The notes beneath the pieces are model-generated. The model did not search any database. It was not told where the DNA came from and saw nothing but the letters and a program-made list of their open reading frames with translations. A DNA stretch of 64,000 nt from Alphaproteobacteria bacterium (GTDB taxonomy: Bacteria; Pseudomonadota; Alphaproteobacteria; MPNO01): NCBI GenBank assembly GCA_965248835.1, contig CBDFLJ010000001.1, positions 1,024,001-1,088,000 of the forward strand, in the 5' to 3' direction. Shown here piece after piece: positions 10,811 to 22,596 of the stretch. The translations under genes and the position numbers were made by a program. How positions within the stretch are numbered: the first letter of the stretch is position 1; the number at the start of each line of letters is the position of its first letter.

Positions 10811-11506
10811 ATGACGGTGCTCGCCATCGATGCGGCATGTTCGGCGTGCTCGACTGCGGTCCTGCGGGACGGGCGGATCCTGGCCGCGGACCGTATTGCC
10901 GCCGATCGCGGCCATGCCGAGATCCTGATGCCGATGGTCGTCCGGACGCTCGCCCGGGCCGGGCTCGGGTTCGCCGAAATCACCGCGCTGGCGGTCACGG
11001 TCGGCCCGGGCTCGTTCACCGGGATCCGGATCGCGCTCGCTGCCGCGCGCGGCCTGGCGCTGGCGCTCGACCGCCCGGTCCTCGGCGTGACCACGCTGGA
11101 AGCGATCGCTCATGCCGCGCTGGGCGAGCGGCGCGGCGCGGCGGCGCCTTGCCTGGTTGCGCTTGATACCCGGCGGGAGGACTTATACGTTCAGACCTTC
11201 GCGCCCGACGGCGCGCCGAGAACCCGTCCGGAGGCCGCGATGCCGGAGACGATCGCCGCGGGATTGACGGAGCCCGATGTGCTTGTTGCCGGCACTGCCG
11301 CGGCCCGGATTGCGCCGTTTCTAAAGGACCGCGGGCTTCGCCCGGCAATCGCCGCGGGCGACGGCAACCCCGACGCCCGGGTCGTGGCGCGTATCGCCGA
11401 CGGCCGGCTGGCCGGCGGCGGCGCCGAAGCCTTTCCGGCTCTGCCGGTCTATCTGCGCGCGCCCAATGCGGTCAAGCCGGCCGATGGCGGACGGCTGCGG
11501 TCATGA
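10811..11506 (+). CDS. tsaB: tRNA t6A biosynthesis protein TsaB
   Basis: VLAIDAA, GHAEIL, AVTVGPGSFTGIRI, PVYLRAP. Confidence 0.95.
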   Translation: MTVLAIDAACSACSTAVLRDGRILAADRIAADRGHAEILMPMVVRTLARAGLGFAEITALAVTVGPGSFTGIRIALAAARGLALALDRPVLGVTTLEAIAHAALGERRGAAAPCLVALDTRREDLYVQTFAPDGAPRTRPEAAMPETIAAGLTEPDVLVAGTAAARIAPFLKDRGLRPAIAAGDGNPDARVVARIADGRLAGGGAEAFPALPVYLRAPNAVKPADGGRLRS

Positions 11507-12063
11507 CCGAAATCCTCATCGCACCGCTTGCCGGCGAGGAGATCCCCCTGCTCGCCCGGATCCACGCCCGGTGCTTCGATGACCCCTGGTCGGCCGAAAT
11601 GGTGCGGCGGGTGCTGGAGACCGCCGGCGCGTTCGGCCTTGCTGCGCGGTGCGGACCCGCGGCAGAGCTGGCCGGGTTCGCGCTCGGCCGGGTTGTCGTC
11701 GATGAATGCGAGCTCCTGTCGCTCGGCGTCGCGCCTTGCCGGCGCCGCCACGGGCTGGGCGCGGCGCTGCTCGACGCGGCGATGGATTGGGCGGCCGGGC
11801 TTGGTGTTCGCGGGTTCTTCCTGGAAGTCGGGGAATTCAACCAGGCCGCACGTCGGCTCTATGACAGCCGGGGCCTGGTCCGGGTCGGCCGCCGCCGAGG
11901 CTATTACGAGCTCAAGGACGGCGGCACGATGGATGCCCTGACCATGCGGTGCGAACTCGACCGGTCCGCTCAGGCCTTGACGATCCGCAGGCAGATGTCG
12001 CCCGCGCGCACCTGGTTGCCGGGCGCTAGCCAGTCGCGCGCCGGATCGTCCTTCAGCGGCTGA
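11503..12063 (+). CDS. rimI: RimI-like GNAT N-acetyltransferase
   Basis: DECELLSLGV..RRRHGLG, FLEVGEFNQAARRLY, GRRRGYY; follows tsaB. Confidence 0.85.
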   Translation: MTEILIAPLAGEEIPLLARIHARCFDDPWSAEMVRRVLETAGAFGLAARCGPAAELAGFALGRVVVDECELLSLGVAPCRRRHGLGAALLDAAMDWAAGLGVRGFFLEVGEFNQAARRLYDSRGLVRVGRRRGYYELKDGGTMDALTMRCELDRSAQALTIRRQMSPARTWLPGASQSRAGSSFSG

Positions 12064-12239
12064 ACGCCAGCCACGACGTGGCCCAGCTCGATCACCGAGG
12101 CGGGCACGTTCTCGATCGGCTCGGGCCCGCGCAGCAGGATCGTCGCGGTATCGCCCGATGCCATCCGTTCAATAAGCAGCCGAGCCCGGACAAAGGTCAT
12201 CGGGCAGACATCGGCCGTGATATCGAGAAAATGCTCCAT
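11970..12239 (-). CDS. TusA/SirA-family sulfur carrier protein
   Basis: LDITADVCPMTFVRARL (CPxP-type motif variant), EPIENVP...GH. Confidence 0.88.
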   Translation of the reverse strand: MEHFLDITADVCPMTFVRARLLIERMASGDTATILLRGPEPIENVPASVIELGHVVAGVQPLKDDPARDWLAPGNQVRAGDICLRIVKA

Positions 12240-12352
12240 CGGATCGCCAAGCGTGCTGACCGGGGCGGCACAATATTTAGCTTGTTAAATCGAATACATG
12301 GTGCATATAAGCAGTCCTCTGCAAAGGTCGTGAAAACAGGATGGTTCCCAAA

Positions 12353-12754
12353 ATGGCAGAAGACCAAAACATTGACCAAAGCGAGCTCTTGCCATGGACA
12401 GTGCGAATCGTCACGGCGCATCTAGGCAACAGCAAGCTGCGCTTGGAAGAGATTACACCTTTGATCGACACCGTCCACTCCGCGCTGGCGAAGATCGCCG
12501 GGACCGTCCAACCGGAAGCGCCGAAGCCGGCCGTGCCAATCAACAGCTCGGTGACCCGCGACTATATAATATGTCTGGAGGACGGCCGGCAGTTGAAAAC
12601 GCTGAAGCGGCATCTCAGCAGCGCCTACAACATGACGCCGGAGGCGTATCGCGCCAAGTGGGGCCTGCCGCCGGACTATCCGATGGTCGCGCCGAGCTAC
12701 GCACGCAAGCGCAGCGCACTGGCCAAACGGATCGGCCTCGGCCGCCGCAGCTGA
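12353..12754 (+). CDS. mucR: MucR/Ros family zinc-finger transcriptional regulator
   Basis: PAVPINSSVTRDYIICLEDGRQLKTLKRHL...YRAKWGLPPDYPMVAPSYA. Confidence 0.95.
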   Translation: MAEDQNIDQSELLPWTVRIVTAHLGNSKLRLEEITPLIDTVHSALAKIAGTVQPEAPKPAVPINSSVTRDYIICLEDGRQLKTLKRHLSSAYNMTPEAYRAKWGLPPDYPMVAPSYARKRSALAKRIGLGRRS

Positions 12755-12838
12755 GCCGGCGCGGCGCGCCGGCGCCAGATCGACTTTGACTACGGTGCGG
12801 CCAAGCCCTACTGTCAGTCTGTCGTAGCGGAGCGCCCC

Positions 12839-13282
12839 ATGCTGTCGCGTATCGAGCAGGTCTGTCGCGAAAAAGGGATGAAGATGACCGACCAGCGGCG
12901 GGTTATCGCCCGTGTGCTGTCGGATTCAAACGACCATCCCGATGTCGAAGAAGTCCACCGCCGCGCCGTGGAGATCGACGACCGGGTGAGCATCGCCACA
13001 GTCTACCGCACCGTCCGGCTGTTCGAGCAGGCCGATATCCTCGAACGGCTCGATTTCGGGGATGGCAGAGCGCGCTACGAAGAGGCCGGCGAGCGGCACC
13101 ACCACCATCACCTGATCAATCTCGACACCGGCGATGTCATCGAATTCGAGAGTGACGAGCTGGAAGCGCTGAAGCGCAGGATCGCCAAGAAGCTCGGCTT
13201 CGAACTCGTCGGCGAGCGGCTCGAGCTCTACGGCGTGCCGGCGAAGCGGCACGGCCGAACCCAGAAGACCACCAGCAAGTAG
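12839..13282 (+). CDS. fur: Fur/Mur family metal-uptake regulator
   Basis: MTDQRRVIARVL..DHPDVEE, SIATVYRTVRLF, HHHHHLI. Confidence 0.93.
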   Translation: MLSRIEQVCREKGMKMTDQRRVIARVLSDSNDHPDVEEVHRRAVEIDDRVSIATVYRTVRLFEQADILERLDFGDGRARYEEAGERHHHHHLINLDTGDVIEFESDELEALKRRIAKKLGFELVGERLELYGVPAKRHGRTQKTTSK

Positions 13283-13288
13283 GTCATC

Positions 13289-14167
13289 TTGAGCACCAGC
13301 GGAACCTCATCGCGCATGCGCGATGGCGATCGGACCAAGCAAGCCGTCGGGCCGGAGCCGCGCGCGCCGGCGCCGAGACCGGACTCGGACCTGGCGCCCA
13401 TCCTGCAAAGCGGGCTGGAAGCGCGGCTCGCGACGTCCGAGGAGGACATCGCCGCGGCGCAGGCGCTGCGCTACCGCGTCTTCTACGAGGAGATGCGCGC
13501 GAAGGCTTCCGCCGAGACCGCGGTGCTCGGGCGCGACATCGACAGCTTCGATGCGGTCTGCGACCACCTGCTGGTGATCGATCCCAAGCGCAGCGACCTC
13601 GCCGGAGGGGTGGTCGGCACCTACCGGCTGCTGCGGCGCGCCGAGGCCAACCGCAATGACGGGTTCTATTCCGCCGACGAGTACGACATCTCGCATCTGG
13701 AGCAATACCCCGGCGAGATCCTCGAGCTCGGCCGGTCCTGCGTCGAGGCGAGCTATCGCAACCGGCCGACGATGCAGCTGCTGTGGCGGGCGATCGCGGC
13801 CTATATCTTCCACTATGACATCGTCTTGATGTTCGGCTGCGCCAGCCTGCCCGGGACCGATCCCCAGGGGTTGAAGCAGCAGCTTTCCTATCTCTACTAC
13901 TACCATCTCGCCCCGCCGGCGCTGCGGCCGCGCGCGCTCGACCGCCGCTATGTCGACATGAAGATCCTCCCGCGACGGGAGATCGACCCGCGGGCCGCGC
14001 TGTCGGAGATGCCGCCGCTGATCAAGGGCTATCTGAGACTCGGCGGGTTCATCGGCGACGGCGCGGTGGTCGATTACCAGTTCAACACCACCGACGTCTC
14101 GGTCGTGGTCAAGACCGATCTGGTGACCGACAAGTACCTGCGCCACTACGAGCGGGAGCGGCGCTGA
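13289..14167 (+). CDS. olsB: ornithine-lipid N-acyltransferase (OlsB-like GNAT)
   Basis: AQALRYRVFYEE, DSFDAVCDHLLV, VGTYRL, LELGRSCV, PPLIKGYLRLG; paired with an acyltransferase; start uncertain. Confidence 0.85.
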   Translation: MSTSGTSSRMRDGDRTKQAVGPEPRAPAPRPDSDLAPILQSGLEARLATSEEDIAAAQALRYRVFYEEMRAKASAETAVLGRDIDSFDAVCDHLLVIDPKRSDLAGGVVGTYRLLRRAEANRNDGFYSADEYDISHLEQYPGEILELGRSCVEASYRNRPTMQLLWRAIAAYIFHYDIVLMFGCASLPGTDPQGLKQQLSYLYYYHLAPPALRPRALDRRYVDMKILPRREIDPRAALSEMPPLIKGYLRLGGFIGDGAVVDYQFNTTDVSVVVKTDLVTDKYLRHYERERR

Positions 14168-14178
14168 GGGCCGGCGCG

Positions 14179-14973
14179 GTGCTTTCCCCCGGGCGCGCGG
14201 TTCTGCGGATCACGGTCTACCTGGCGCTGACGATCCTGATGATCCCGGTGCAGTCCGCGGCGCTGCTGGTCAGCCGCCCGATGGCCGTCCGAATCCCGCT
14301 GGTCTATCACCGGTGGTGCTGCCGGATCTTCGGCATCGCGGTCAGGGTGCGCGGCACCCGCTCGCGCAACACGCCGACCCTGTTCGTCTGCAACCATGCC
14401 TCCTATGTCGACATCGCCGTGTTGGCTTCGGTCGTTCCGGCCTCGTTCATCGCCAAGGCGGAGGTCGCCTCCTGGCCGCTTTTCGGCCTGCTGGCGAGGC
14501 TGCAGCGCACCGTTTTCGTGGAACGCCGCACCGGACGCGCCGCCCGCCAGCGCGATGCCATTGCCGACCGTCTGGCGCGCGGCGACAACCTGTTCCTGTT
14601 CCCCGAGGGTACCAGCGCCGACGGCATGCGGGTGCTGCCCTTCAAGAGCGCGCTGTTCAGCGTTGCACAGATCGAGATTCCCGGCCGCACGATCACGGTC
14701 CAGCCGGTCTCCATCGCCTATACCGGGCTCGACGGCATGCCGCTAGGGCGCGGCTTCAAGCCGTTCGTGGCCTGGTACGGCGACATGGCCATGGCTTCCC
14801 ATCTGGTCGAACTGATGGGCCTGGGCAGGATATCCGTGGACCTGATCTTTCACCCGCCGATCGCGCTGGATGCATTTCCGACTCGCAAGGCGCTGTCGCT
14901 GCATTGCCAGGACGTCGTCGCCCGGGGCGTAGCCGCGGCCAATGCCGGGCTCGCCCCGGCCGCCGGCGGCTGA
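14179..14973 (+). CDS. lysophospholipid acyltransferase (PlsC/OlsA-like)
   Basis: NHASYVDI, FIAKAEV, FPEGTS, PFKS motifs. Confidence 0.92.
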   Translation: MLSPGRAVLRITVYLALTILMIPVQSAALLVSRPMAVRIPLVYHRWCCRIFGIAVRVRGTRSRNTPTLFVCNHASYVDIAVLASVVPASFIAKAEVASWPLFGLLARLQRTVFVERRTGRAARQRDAIADRLARGDNLFLFPEGTSADGMRVLPFKSALFSVAQIEIPGRTITVQPVSIAYTGLDGMPLGRGFKPFVAWYGDMAMASHLVELMGLGRISVDLIFHPPIALDAFPTRKALSLHCQDVVARGVAAANAGLAPAAGG

Positions 14974-15084
14974 GCCGAGAGCCGCGCTTTGCCGCCGGCC
15001 CGGGCCATGCTAGGGTTTCCGGCCCGCGGTGCGCGGCCGATGCGTGCGGCCCGCCGGCCGCGGCAACCGCGCAGGGACCGCTCC

Positions 15085-16494
15085 TTGGCCAAGCTGCTGT
15101 TCATCAAGAGCTACGGGTGCCAGATGAACGTCTATGACGCCGGCCGGATGGCCGACGTCCTGGCGCCGCTGGGCTATACGAGCACCGATGATGCCGACGG
15201 TGCCGACGTGGTCATCCTCAATACCTGCCATATCCGCGAGAAGGCCGCCGAGAAGGTCTATTCCGAGATCGGCCGGCTGCGGGCGCGTCGAGGGGCCGGC
15301 CGGCCGCGCTCCGATGCCGGGGCTGGGCCCGTGGTGGTGATCGCCGGCTGCGTCGCGCAGGCCGAAGGCGCGGAAGTTCTGCGGCGTGCGCCCTGGGTCG
15401 ACGTGGTGGTCGGGCCGCAGGCCTACCACCGGCTGCCCGCGCTGATCGCGCGCGCCAGGGCCGGCGGGCGGGCAGTGCTGGACACCGAATTCCCCGCCGA
15501 GTCGAAGTTCGACCATCTGCCCGAGGAGACCGCCGCGACCGGGCCGGCCTGCTTCCTGACGATCCAGGAAGGCTGCGACAAGTTCTGTTCGTTCTGCGTG
15601 GTCCCGTATACCCGGGGCGCCGAGTTCTCGAGGCCGGCCGCGGACGTGCTCGCCGAGGCCGGCCGCCTGGTCGCCGCCGGCGCCCGCGAGATCACGCTGC
15701 TCGGCCAGAACGTCAACGCCTATCACGGCGCCGCGCCCGACGGCGCCGACGAATGGGGTCTCGCCCGGCTGATCCGCGCGCTGGCGGGGATCGAATCCCT
15801 GGAGCGGATCCGCTATACCACATCCCACCCCAACGACATGGACGAGGCGCTGATCGCCACCCACGCCGAGGTGCCCGAACTGATGCCCTATCTCCACCTG
15901 CCGGTGCAGTCGGGCTCCGATGCGGTGCTGGCGGCGATGGGCCGCCGGCATTCCGCCGAGGATTACCTGCACCTGGTCGAGCGGCTGCGCGCGGCGCGGC
16001 CCGATCTGGCGCTGTCCTCGGACTTCATCGTCGGCCATCCTGGCGAGACCGAGGCCGACTTCGCGGCCACCCTCGCGCTGGTGCGCGCGGTGGGCTACGC
16101 CCAGGCCTATTCGTTCAAGTTCAGCGCTCGGCCCGGTACGCCGGCCGCCGGGCTCGACGGCCAGATCGGCGAGGCCGAAAAATCCGACCGGCTGGCCGAA
16201 CTCCAGGCCCTGCTGAGCGAGCAGCAGCGCCGCTTCAACGAGGCCTGCCGCGGCCGCAGAATGCCGGTGCTGTTCGATCGCCGCGGACGCCGCCCGGGCC
16301 AGGTCGCCGGACGTTCACCTTTCCTCCAAGCGGTCCACGTCGATTGCGGCGAGGACATGGCCGCACTGGTCCAGGGGCGGATCCTCGAGGTGGCGATCAC
16401 TCAGGCCCACCCGAACTCGCTGCAGGGCAGCTTCGCGGCGGCGGCGCCAGGCCGGGAGGGCGCGGCAAGCGCGGTGCGGTCATTTGACGCCTGA
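15085..16494 (+). CDS. miaB: tRNA-2-methylthio-N6-dimethylallyladenosine synthase
   Basis: [26 protein letters not shown] radical-SAM motif, TRAM domain; TTG start at 15085. Confidence 0.97.
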   Translation: MAKLLFIKSYGCQMNVYDAGRMADVLAPLGYTSTDDADGADVVILNTCHIREKAAEKVYSEIGRLRARRGAGRPRSDAGAGPVVVIAGCVAQAEGAEVLRRAPWVDVVVGPQAYHRLPALIARARAGGRAVLDTEFPAESKFDHLPEETAATGPACFLTIQEGCDKFCSFCVVPYTRGAEFSRPAADVLAEAGRLVAAGAREITLLGQNVNAYHGAAPDGADEWGLARLIRALAGIESLERIRYTTSHPNDMDEALIATHAEVPELMPYLHLPVQSGSDAVLAAMGRRHSAEDYLHLVERLRAARPDLALSSDFIVGHPGETEADFAATLALVRAVGYAQAYSFKFSARPGTPAAGLDGQIGEAEKSDRLAELQALLSEQQRRFNEACRGRRMPVLFDRRGRRPGQVAGRSPFLQAVHVDCGEDMAALVQGRILEVAITQAHPNSLQGSFAAAAPGREGAASAVRSFDA

Positions 16495-17509
16495 CAATTC
16501 CGAGATCGGCCTCGCCGACGGGCAGATCGCCGTCAGCTTCGACGACAACGCGCTCCTGCCGCTGCTCTATGGCGAGTTCGACCGCAACCTCGCGCGGCTC
16601 GAGCAGCAGCTCGAGGTCTCGGTATCCTCGCGCGGCAATACGGTGGTCATCAGCGGCAGGCAGCGCCCGGTCGAGATCGGCCGCGCCGCGCTGCAAACAC
16701 TCTACCTGCGCCTCGAAAAGGGGCTCGGTGTCGACCAGGCGGAGGTCGACGCGGCGGTCCGCCTGGCCGAAGGCATGACCGGGGACGCGCTCGCCGATGC
16801 CCAGGCCGAGGCGCCGGTCATCCGCACCCCGCGGCGCCATATCTCGCCGCGCTCGCCGGGTCAGGACCGGTATATGAACGCGCTTTTCGATGTCGAGCTC
16901 GTCTTCGGCATCGGTCCGGCGGGGACCGGCAAGACCTATCTCGCGGTCGCCCGCGCGGTCGCGATGCTGCTGGCCGGCACGGTCGATCGGATCATCCTGT
17001 CCCGCCCCGCGGTCGAGGCTGGCGAGCGCCTGGGCTTCCTGCCCGGCGACATGCGCGACAAGGTCGATCCCTATCTGCGCCCGCTCTACGATGCGCTCTA
17101 CGACGTGATGCATGGCGATCAGGTCGTCAAGCGGCTGAATTCGGGCGAGATCGAGATCGCGCCGCTGGCCTTCATGCGCGGCCGGACGCTGGGCAACGCC
17201 TTCGTGATCCTTGACGAGGCGCAGAACACCACCCAAATTCAAATGAAGATGTTCCTGACGCGGCTCGGCCAGAACTCCCGTATGGTGGTCACCGGCGATC
17301 TGACCCAGATCGATCTGCCGTCGGGGATGACCTCGGGCCTGCAGCACGCGGTGCGGACCGTCAAGGACATCGAGGGGGTCCGCGTCGTCCGGCTCACCGA
17401 TGCCGATGTCGTCCGGCACGGGCTGGTCACGAAGATCGTTCAGGCCTATGAGGGCGCGAACCGGAGAGATGCCGCCGGATCGGCGGATATCGGCGGCGGG
17501 GACGTGTAG
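16484..17509 (+). CDS. PhoH family ATPase (YbeZ)
   Basis: [40 protein letters not shown]. Confidence 0.96.
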   Translation: MTPDNSEIGLADGQIAVSFDDNALLPLLYGEFDRNLARLEQQLEVSVSSRGNTVVISGRQRPVEIGRAALQTLYLRLEKGLGVDQAEVDAAVRLAEGMTGDALADAQAEAPVIRTPRRHISPRSPGQDRYMNALFDVELVFGIGPAGTGKTYLAVARAVAMLLAGTVDRIILSRPAVEAGERLGFLPGDMRDKVDPYLRPLYDALYDVMHGDQVVKRLNSGEIEIAPLAFMRGRTLGNAFVILDEAQNTTQIQMKMFLTRLGQNSRMVVTGDLTQIDLPSGMTSGLQHAVRTVKDIEGVRVVRLTDADVVRHGLVTKIVQAYEGANRRDAAGSADIGGGDV

Positions 17510-17515
17510 GGCGCC

Positions 17516-18031
17516 TTGAGCGCGGAAGTTTCGATCGCCACGCATTGCGCGGGTTGGCACCGGGCCGTCACCGATGCGGCGGGGCTCTGCCGCCGCGCCG
17601 CCGGGGCCGCCTGGGCGATGGCCGCCGGTGAGGCCGGCGGCGCGGCGGACGGACCGGAGATCACGCTGGTGCTGACCGACGACGCCGAGGTTGCCCGGCT
17701 CAACCACCGCTTCCGCGGCATCGAGGGACCGACCAACGTGCTGTCGTTCCCGACCGGCGAGCCGGTCACCGGAGCGGGTGCGGAGGACGGGCCGCCGATC
17801 ATGCTGGGCGATATCGTCATCGCCCTGGAAACCGCCGCGCGCGAGGCCGAACGCGACGGCAAGCCGCTCGACGATCACCTGCAGCATCTGGTGGTCCACG
17901 GCCTTCTGCACCTGCTGGGTTACGACCATCAGGGCGAGAGCCAGGCCGCGGACATGGAATCCCTGGAAGTGGAGATTTTGAGCCGTCTGGGCGTGCCGAA
18001 CCCCTATGCCGAAGGAGCGGCCCGGTCCTGA
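17516..18031 (+). CDS. ybeY: rRNA maturation endoribonuclease YbeY
   Basis: PTNVLSF, LGDIVI, HGLLHLLGYDH. Confidence 0.96.
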   Translation: MSAEVSIATHCAGWHRAVTDAAGLCRRAAGAAWAMAAGEAGGAADGPEITLVLTDDAEVARLNHRFRGIEGPTNVLSFPTGEPVTGAGAEDGPPIMLGDIVIALETAAREAERDGKPLDDHLQHLVVHGLLHLLGYDHQGESQAADMESLEVEILSRLGVPNPYAEGAARS

Positions 18032-18041
18032 CCGACAAGCG

Positions 18042-18947
18042 ATGAACGAACCTGCAGAGCCTAGAAGGCCCCGTAGCAACGGGGCCGCAACCGAAACCAC
18101 GGTTCCGACGACGGGCTTGCGCCACTGGCTGCGGCGGTTGTTCCGCGGCCGCAACGGCGCAGAGTCGCTGCGCGACACCATCGAGGAGCTGATCGAGCAG
18201 GGCGAGCAGACCGACATCGAAGCCGAGGACGAGATCGTCTTCGTCCGCAACATCCTGCGGCTGCGCGACCTGACGGCCGATGACATCATGGTGCCGCGCG
18301 CCGACATCGTCGCGGTGGACATCGAAACCCCGCTGACCGAGCTGGTCGAGCGCATGAGCGGGTCCGCCCATTCCCGCATGCCGGTCTACCGCGACACCCT
18401 CGATGACGCGCTCGGCATGGTCCACATCAAGGACGTCTTCGCCTGGCGCGAGTCCGGCGGGCCGTTCAAGATCCAGACCATCCTGCGGCGCATCCTGTTC
18501 GTGGCGCCGTCGATGCCGATCCTCGAGCTGCTGCTGCAGATGCGCGTCAGCCGCACCCACATGGCCCTGGTGGTCGACGAGTTCGGCGGCACCGACGGGC
18601 TGATCACGATCGAGGACCTGGTCGAGGAGATCGTCGGCGAGATCCAGGACGAGCACGACTCCGAGATCGCGCCGGCGATGATCGATTCGCCGGACGGCTC
18701 GATCGAAGCCGACGCACGGGTCGAGATCGAGGACTTCGAGACCAAGGTCGGTGCCCTGCTGACCGCCGAGGAACAGGACGCCGATATCGACACGCTGGGC
18801 GGGCTGGTGTTCGCTTTGGCCGGCCGTGTGCCCGCCCGCGGCGAAGTGATCCGCCACCCCTCCGGTGCGGAGTTCGAGGTGCTCGACGCTGACCCGAGGC
18901 GGATAAAGCGGCTGCGGATATGCCGCCCGCCGAAACCGGCCGTCTGA
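18042..18947 (+). CDS. corC: CBS/CorC_HlyC domain Mg/Co transport-associated protein
   Basis: IMVPRADI, HSRMPVY, HMALVVDEFGGTDGLITIEDLVEEIVGEIQDEHD, DTLGGL. Confidence 0.92.
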   Translation: MNEPAEPRRPRSNGAATETTVPTTGLRHWLRRLFRGRNGAESLRDTIEELIEQGEQTDIEAEDEIVFVRNILRLRDLTADDIMVPRADIVAVDIETPLTELVERMSGSAHSRMPVYRDTLDDALGMVHIKDVFAWRESGGPFKIQTILRRILFVAPSMPILELLLQMRVSRTHMALVVDEFGGTDGLITIEDLVEEIVGEIQDEHDSEIAPAMIDSPDGSIEADARVEIEDFETKVGALLTAEEQDADIDTLGGLVFALAGRVPARGEVIRHPSGAEFEVLDADPRRIKRLRICRPPKPAV

Positions 18948-20560
18948 GCGCCGCCTGCATCGTCCTGTCGGCGTGGTGCGCCGGCATGGCCCGCGGACTG
19001 GCGCAGCAGCGGGGCTGGCGTGCATGGCTGATCGCCTTTGTGTGCGGGCTGCTGGCGGCGGCTTCGCTGCCGCCGCTGAGTGTTGTGCCCGCGGTCTTCG
19101 TCGCCGCCACGGTGCTGGTCTGGCAGATCGACGGGGCATCGGGCTGGCGCCCGGCGCTGGCGTTGGGCTGGTGGTTCGGCCTCGGTCATTTCCTGGCCGG
19201 GACCTATTGGATCTCCAACGCGCTTCTGGTCGAGGCCGACCGCTTCTGGTGGATGATCCCGTTCGCGACGATCGGGCTTTCGGCCTATCTGGCGCTCTAT
19301 CCGGCGGCCGCGTGCGGGTTTGCCCGGTTGCTGCGGCCCGGCATCGCCCGCGTCGCCGGCCTGGCGCTGGCCTGGACGGCGATGGAGCTTTTGCGCGGCA
19401 TAGCGTTGACCGGGTTCCCGTGGAACCCGATCGGATCGATCTGGGCGGATTACCCGGCGATGATCCAGTCCGCGGCGCTGTTCGGCGTCTTCGGGCTGAG
19501 CCTGTGCACCATGGCCCTGGCCGCCGCACCCGCGCTTCTGGCGCGCGGTCCCGGCGCGGCGCGGACGGTGCCGGTCGGCATCGCCATGGTCCTCGCCGCC
19601 GCCTGGGCAGGGGGGGCAGCCCGGCTGGCCGGGGCCGGCGATGCGACCGTGCCCGGCGTCCGCCTGGCGATCGTCCAGCCCGACATCGACCAACGCGACA
19701 AGGTCCAGGCCGGGCTGCGCCGGCGGAACTTCGCGCGGCACGCGCGCATGACCTTCGACCGCGTCGGGCCCGGCGTCACCCATGTCATCTGGCCCGAAAC
19801 CGCCATCGGCCTGCCGATCGACCGCGTGCCTTCGGTCACCAGAGCGATCGCCGCGGCGATCCCCGACGGCGGTTGGCTGATCGCCGGCGCAGTCCGCGCC
19901 AGCCCGCCGGGCGAGTCGCCGGTCAGGGTATGGAACAGCCTGCATGCGTTTGATCGCCGGGGGCAGGTGGTGGCAAGCTACGACAAGGCGCACTTGGTGC
20001 CGTTCGGCGAGTATGTTCCGCTCAGATCGATCCTCGGTTTCGCCAAAGTGGCCGGCGGCAGGATGGATTTCTCCGCCGGGCCCGGCCCGCGCACCCTGGA
20101 AATGCCCGGCGCGCCGCCGTTCGGCGCGCTGATCTGCTACGAGGCGATCTTCCCCGGCGCGGTCGTCGGCCCCGGCCGGCGGCCGGCGTGGCTGGTCAAT
20201 CTCACCAATGACGGCTGGTTCGGTGCCAGCGCCGGTCCGCACCAGCATTTTGCCGGCGCCCGGCTGCGCGCAGTCGAGGAAGGGATCCCCGTCGTCCGGG
20301 CGGCGAATTCGGGGATCTCCGGCGTCATCGACGCCCATGGCCGGACCCGCGCCAGCCTCGGCATCGGCCGCGCCGGCGTCCTGGAAGCCGCGCTCCCGGC
20401 GGCCCTGCCCAGCTCGACACCGTTTTCGTGGCTCGCCAATGTCCCGGTCGCGATCCTGTCGTTTTTCGGAGCGGCCATGCTGTTCTGGCGCGCCAGGGCG
20501 GCCCCGCGGAAGTCGCCAACCGAGGAGTCGCCGCGCGCGGATGGGATGGAATCCGGATAG
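18920..20560 (+). CDS. lnt: apolipoprotein N-acyltransferase
   Basis: TGFPWN, IWPE, YDKAHLVPFGEYVP, ICYE, NLTNDGWFG, RAANSGIS; start 18920 or 18986. Confidence 0.96.
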   Translation: MPPAETGRLSAACIVLSAWCAGMARGLAQQRGWRAWLIAFVCGLLAAASLPPLSVVPAVFVAATVLVWQIDGASGWRPALALGWWFGLGHFLAGTYWISNALLVEADRFWWMIPFATIGLSAYLALYPAAACGFARLLRPGIARVAGLALAWTAMELLRGIALTGFPWNPIGSIWADYPAMIQSAALFGVFGLSLCTMALAAAPALLARGPGAARTVPVGIAMVLAAAWAGGAARLAGAGDATVPGVRLAIVQPDIDQRDKVQAGLRRRNFARHARMTFDRVGPGVTHVIWPETAIGLPIDRVPSVTRAIAAAIPDGGWLIAGAVRASPPGESPVRVWNSLHAFDRRGQVVASYDKAHLVPFGEYVPLRSILGFAKVAGGRMDFSAGPGPRTLEMPGAPPFGALICYEAIFPGAVVGPGRRPAWLVNLTNDGWFGASAGPHQHFAGARLRAVEEGIPVVRAANSGISGVIDAHGRTRASLGIGRAGVLEAALPAALPSSTPFSWLANVPVAILSFFGAAMLFWRARAAPRKSPTEESPRADGMESG

Positions 20561-20714
20561 ACAAGACGAAGCCTCGTTGTCTACGTTTAAATCCTGCGCC
20601 GTGCGCAGGGTTCTTCTTTGTGTTCCAGCAGTTTGAGCGGGTTACAGGCAGCGGCGCGGCGCCCGGTCGGCGACGCGGAAACAAAACAGGCAACAATGGG
20701 GGTATAAGGCGAAA

Positions 20715-21200
20715 ATGGTCGAAACGGACCGAGCGATGCAACGCGCTCGGACACGGGGCACGCGCCGACGATCGAATTCCATAGACGCCCACGTCGGCAG
20801 CCGGGTCAGAATGCGCCGTACGCTGCTCGGATTGAGCCAGGAAAAGCTGGGCGAAGCGCTTGGGCTGACCTTTCAGCAGGTTCAGAAATACGAGCGCGGC
20901 GCGAACCGTATCGGGGCGAGCCGTCTGTACCAGATAAGCCGGGTCCTCGAGGTCCCGGTCTCGTTCTTCTATGACGGGATGCCCGAGGCGGTCAGCGAGG
21001 CGGCATCCGGGTCGACGCCCCCCGGCCTTGCCGAGACCGCGGATCACCACGCGCACGACCCCCTGGCCAGGCGCGAGACGCTGGAGTTGGTCCGGGCCTA
21101 CTACAAGATCGTCGATCCGCGGGTCCGCCGCCGGTTGTTCGACCTGGTCAAGGCGGTCGCACGCGCGGAGGATCTGGAGGACTCGACAGCGGACGGTTGA
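20715..21200 (+). CDS. XRE-family HTH transcriptional regulator (conserved between lnt and metK)
   Basis: HVGSRVRMRR..LGLSQEKLGEALGLTFQQVQKYERGANRIGASRL. Confidence 0.93.
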   Translation: MVETDRAMQRARTRGTRRRSNSIDAHVGSRVRMRRTLLGLSQEKLGEALGLTFQQVQKYERGANRIGASRLYQISRVLEVPVSFFYDGMPEAVSEAASGSTPPGLAETADHHAHDPLARRETLELVRAYYKIVDPRVRRRLFDLVKAVARAEDLEDSTADG

Positions 21201-21407
21201 AGGCCGGTTTTCGAACCCGGTTGACGTCGGCTTCGAATCGCTGTCTAAACGGCCGCCCGGCCCTTCCGGCCGGCCGTTCCTGCATGACGGCGCAGCGACA
21301 GATTCGTATCGCGCGCCCTGCCGAGCGTCGATCCAGGGTCCGTCAGGAAGCCTTTGGAATACAACCGCCGGACGAGAGCCTCCACCAGCACCAAGGGGCG
21401 TGCACGA

Positions 21408-22577
<1,170 letters not shown>

Positions 22578-22596
22578 GGGCCAGCCGCCGCGACAT

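Noticed and set aside
8968-11094. 708-aa ORF as a large fusion protein
   Set aside because: Only the last ~345 aa are deacetylase; the rest overlaps ddpX and tsaB in other frames
13096-13112. His run in Fur as a novel metal-binding insertion
   Set aside because: Minor variant of the normal HHDH motif of Fur proteins
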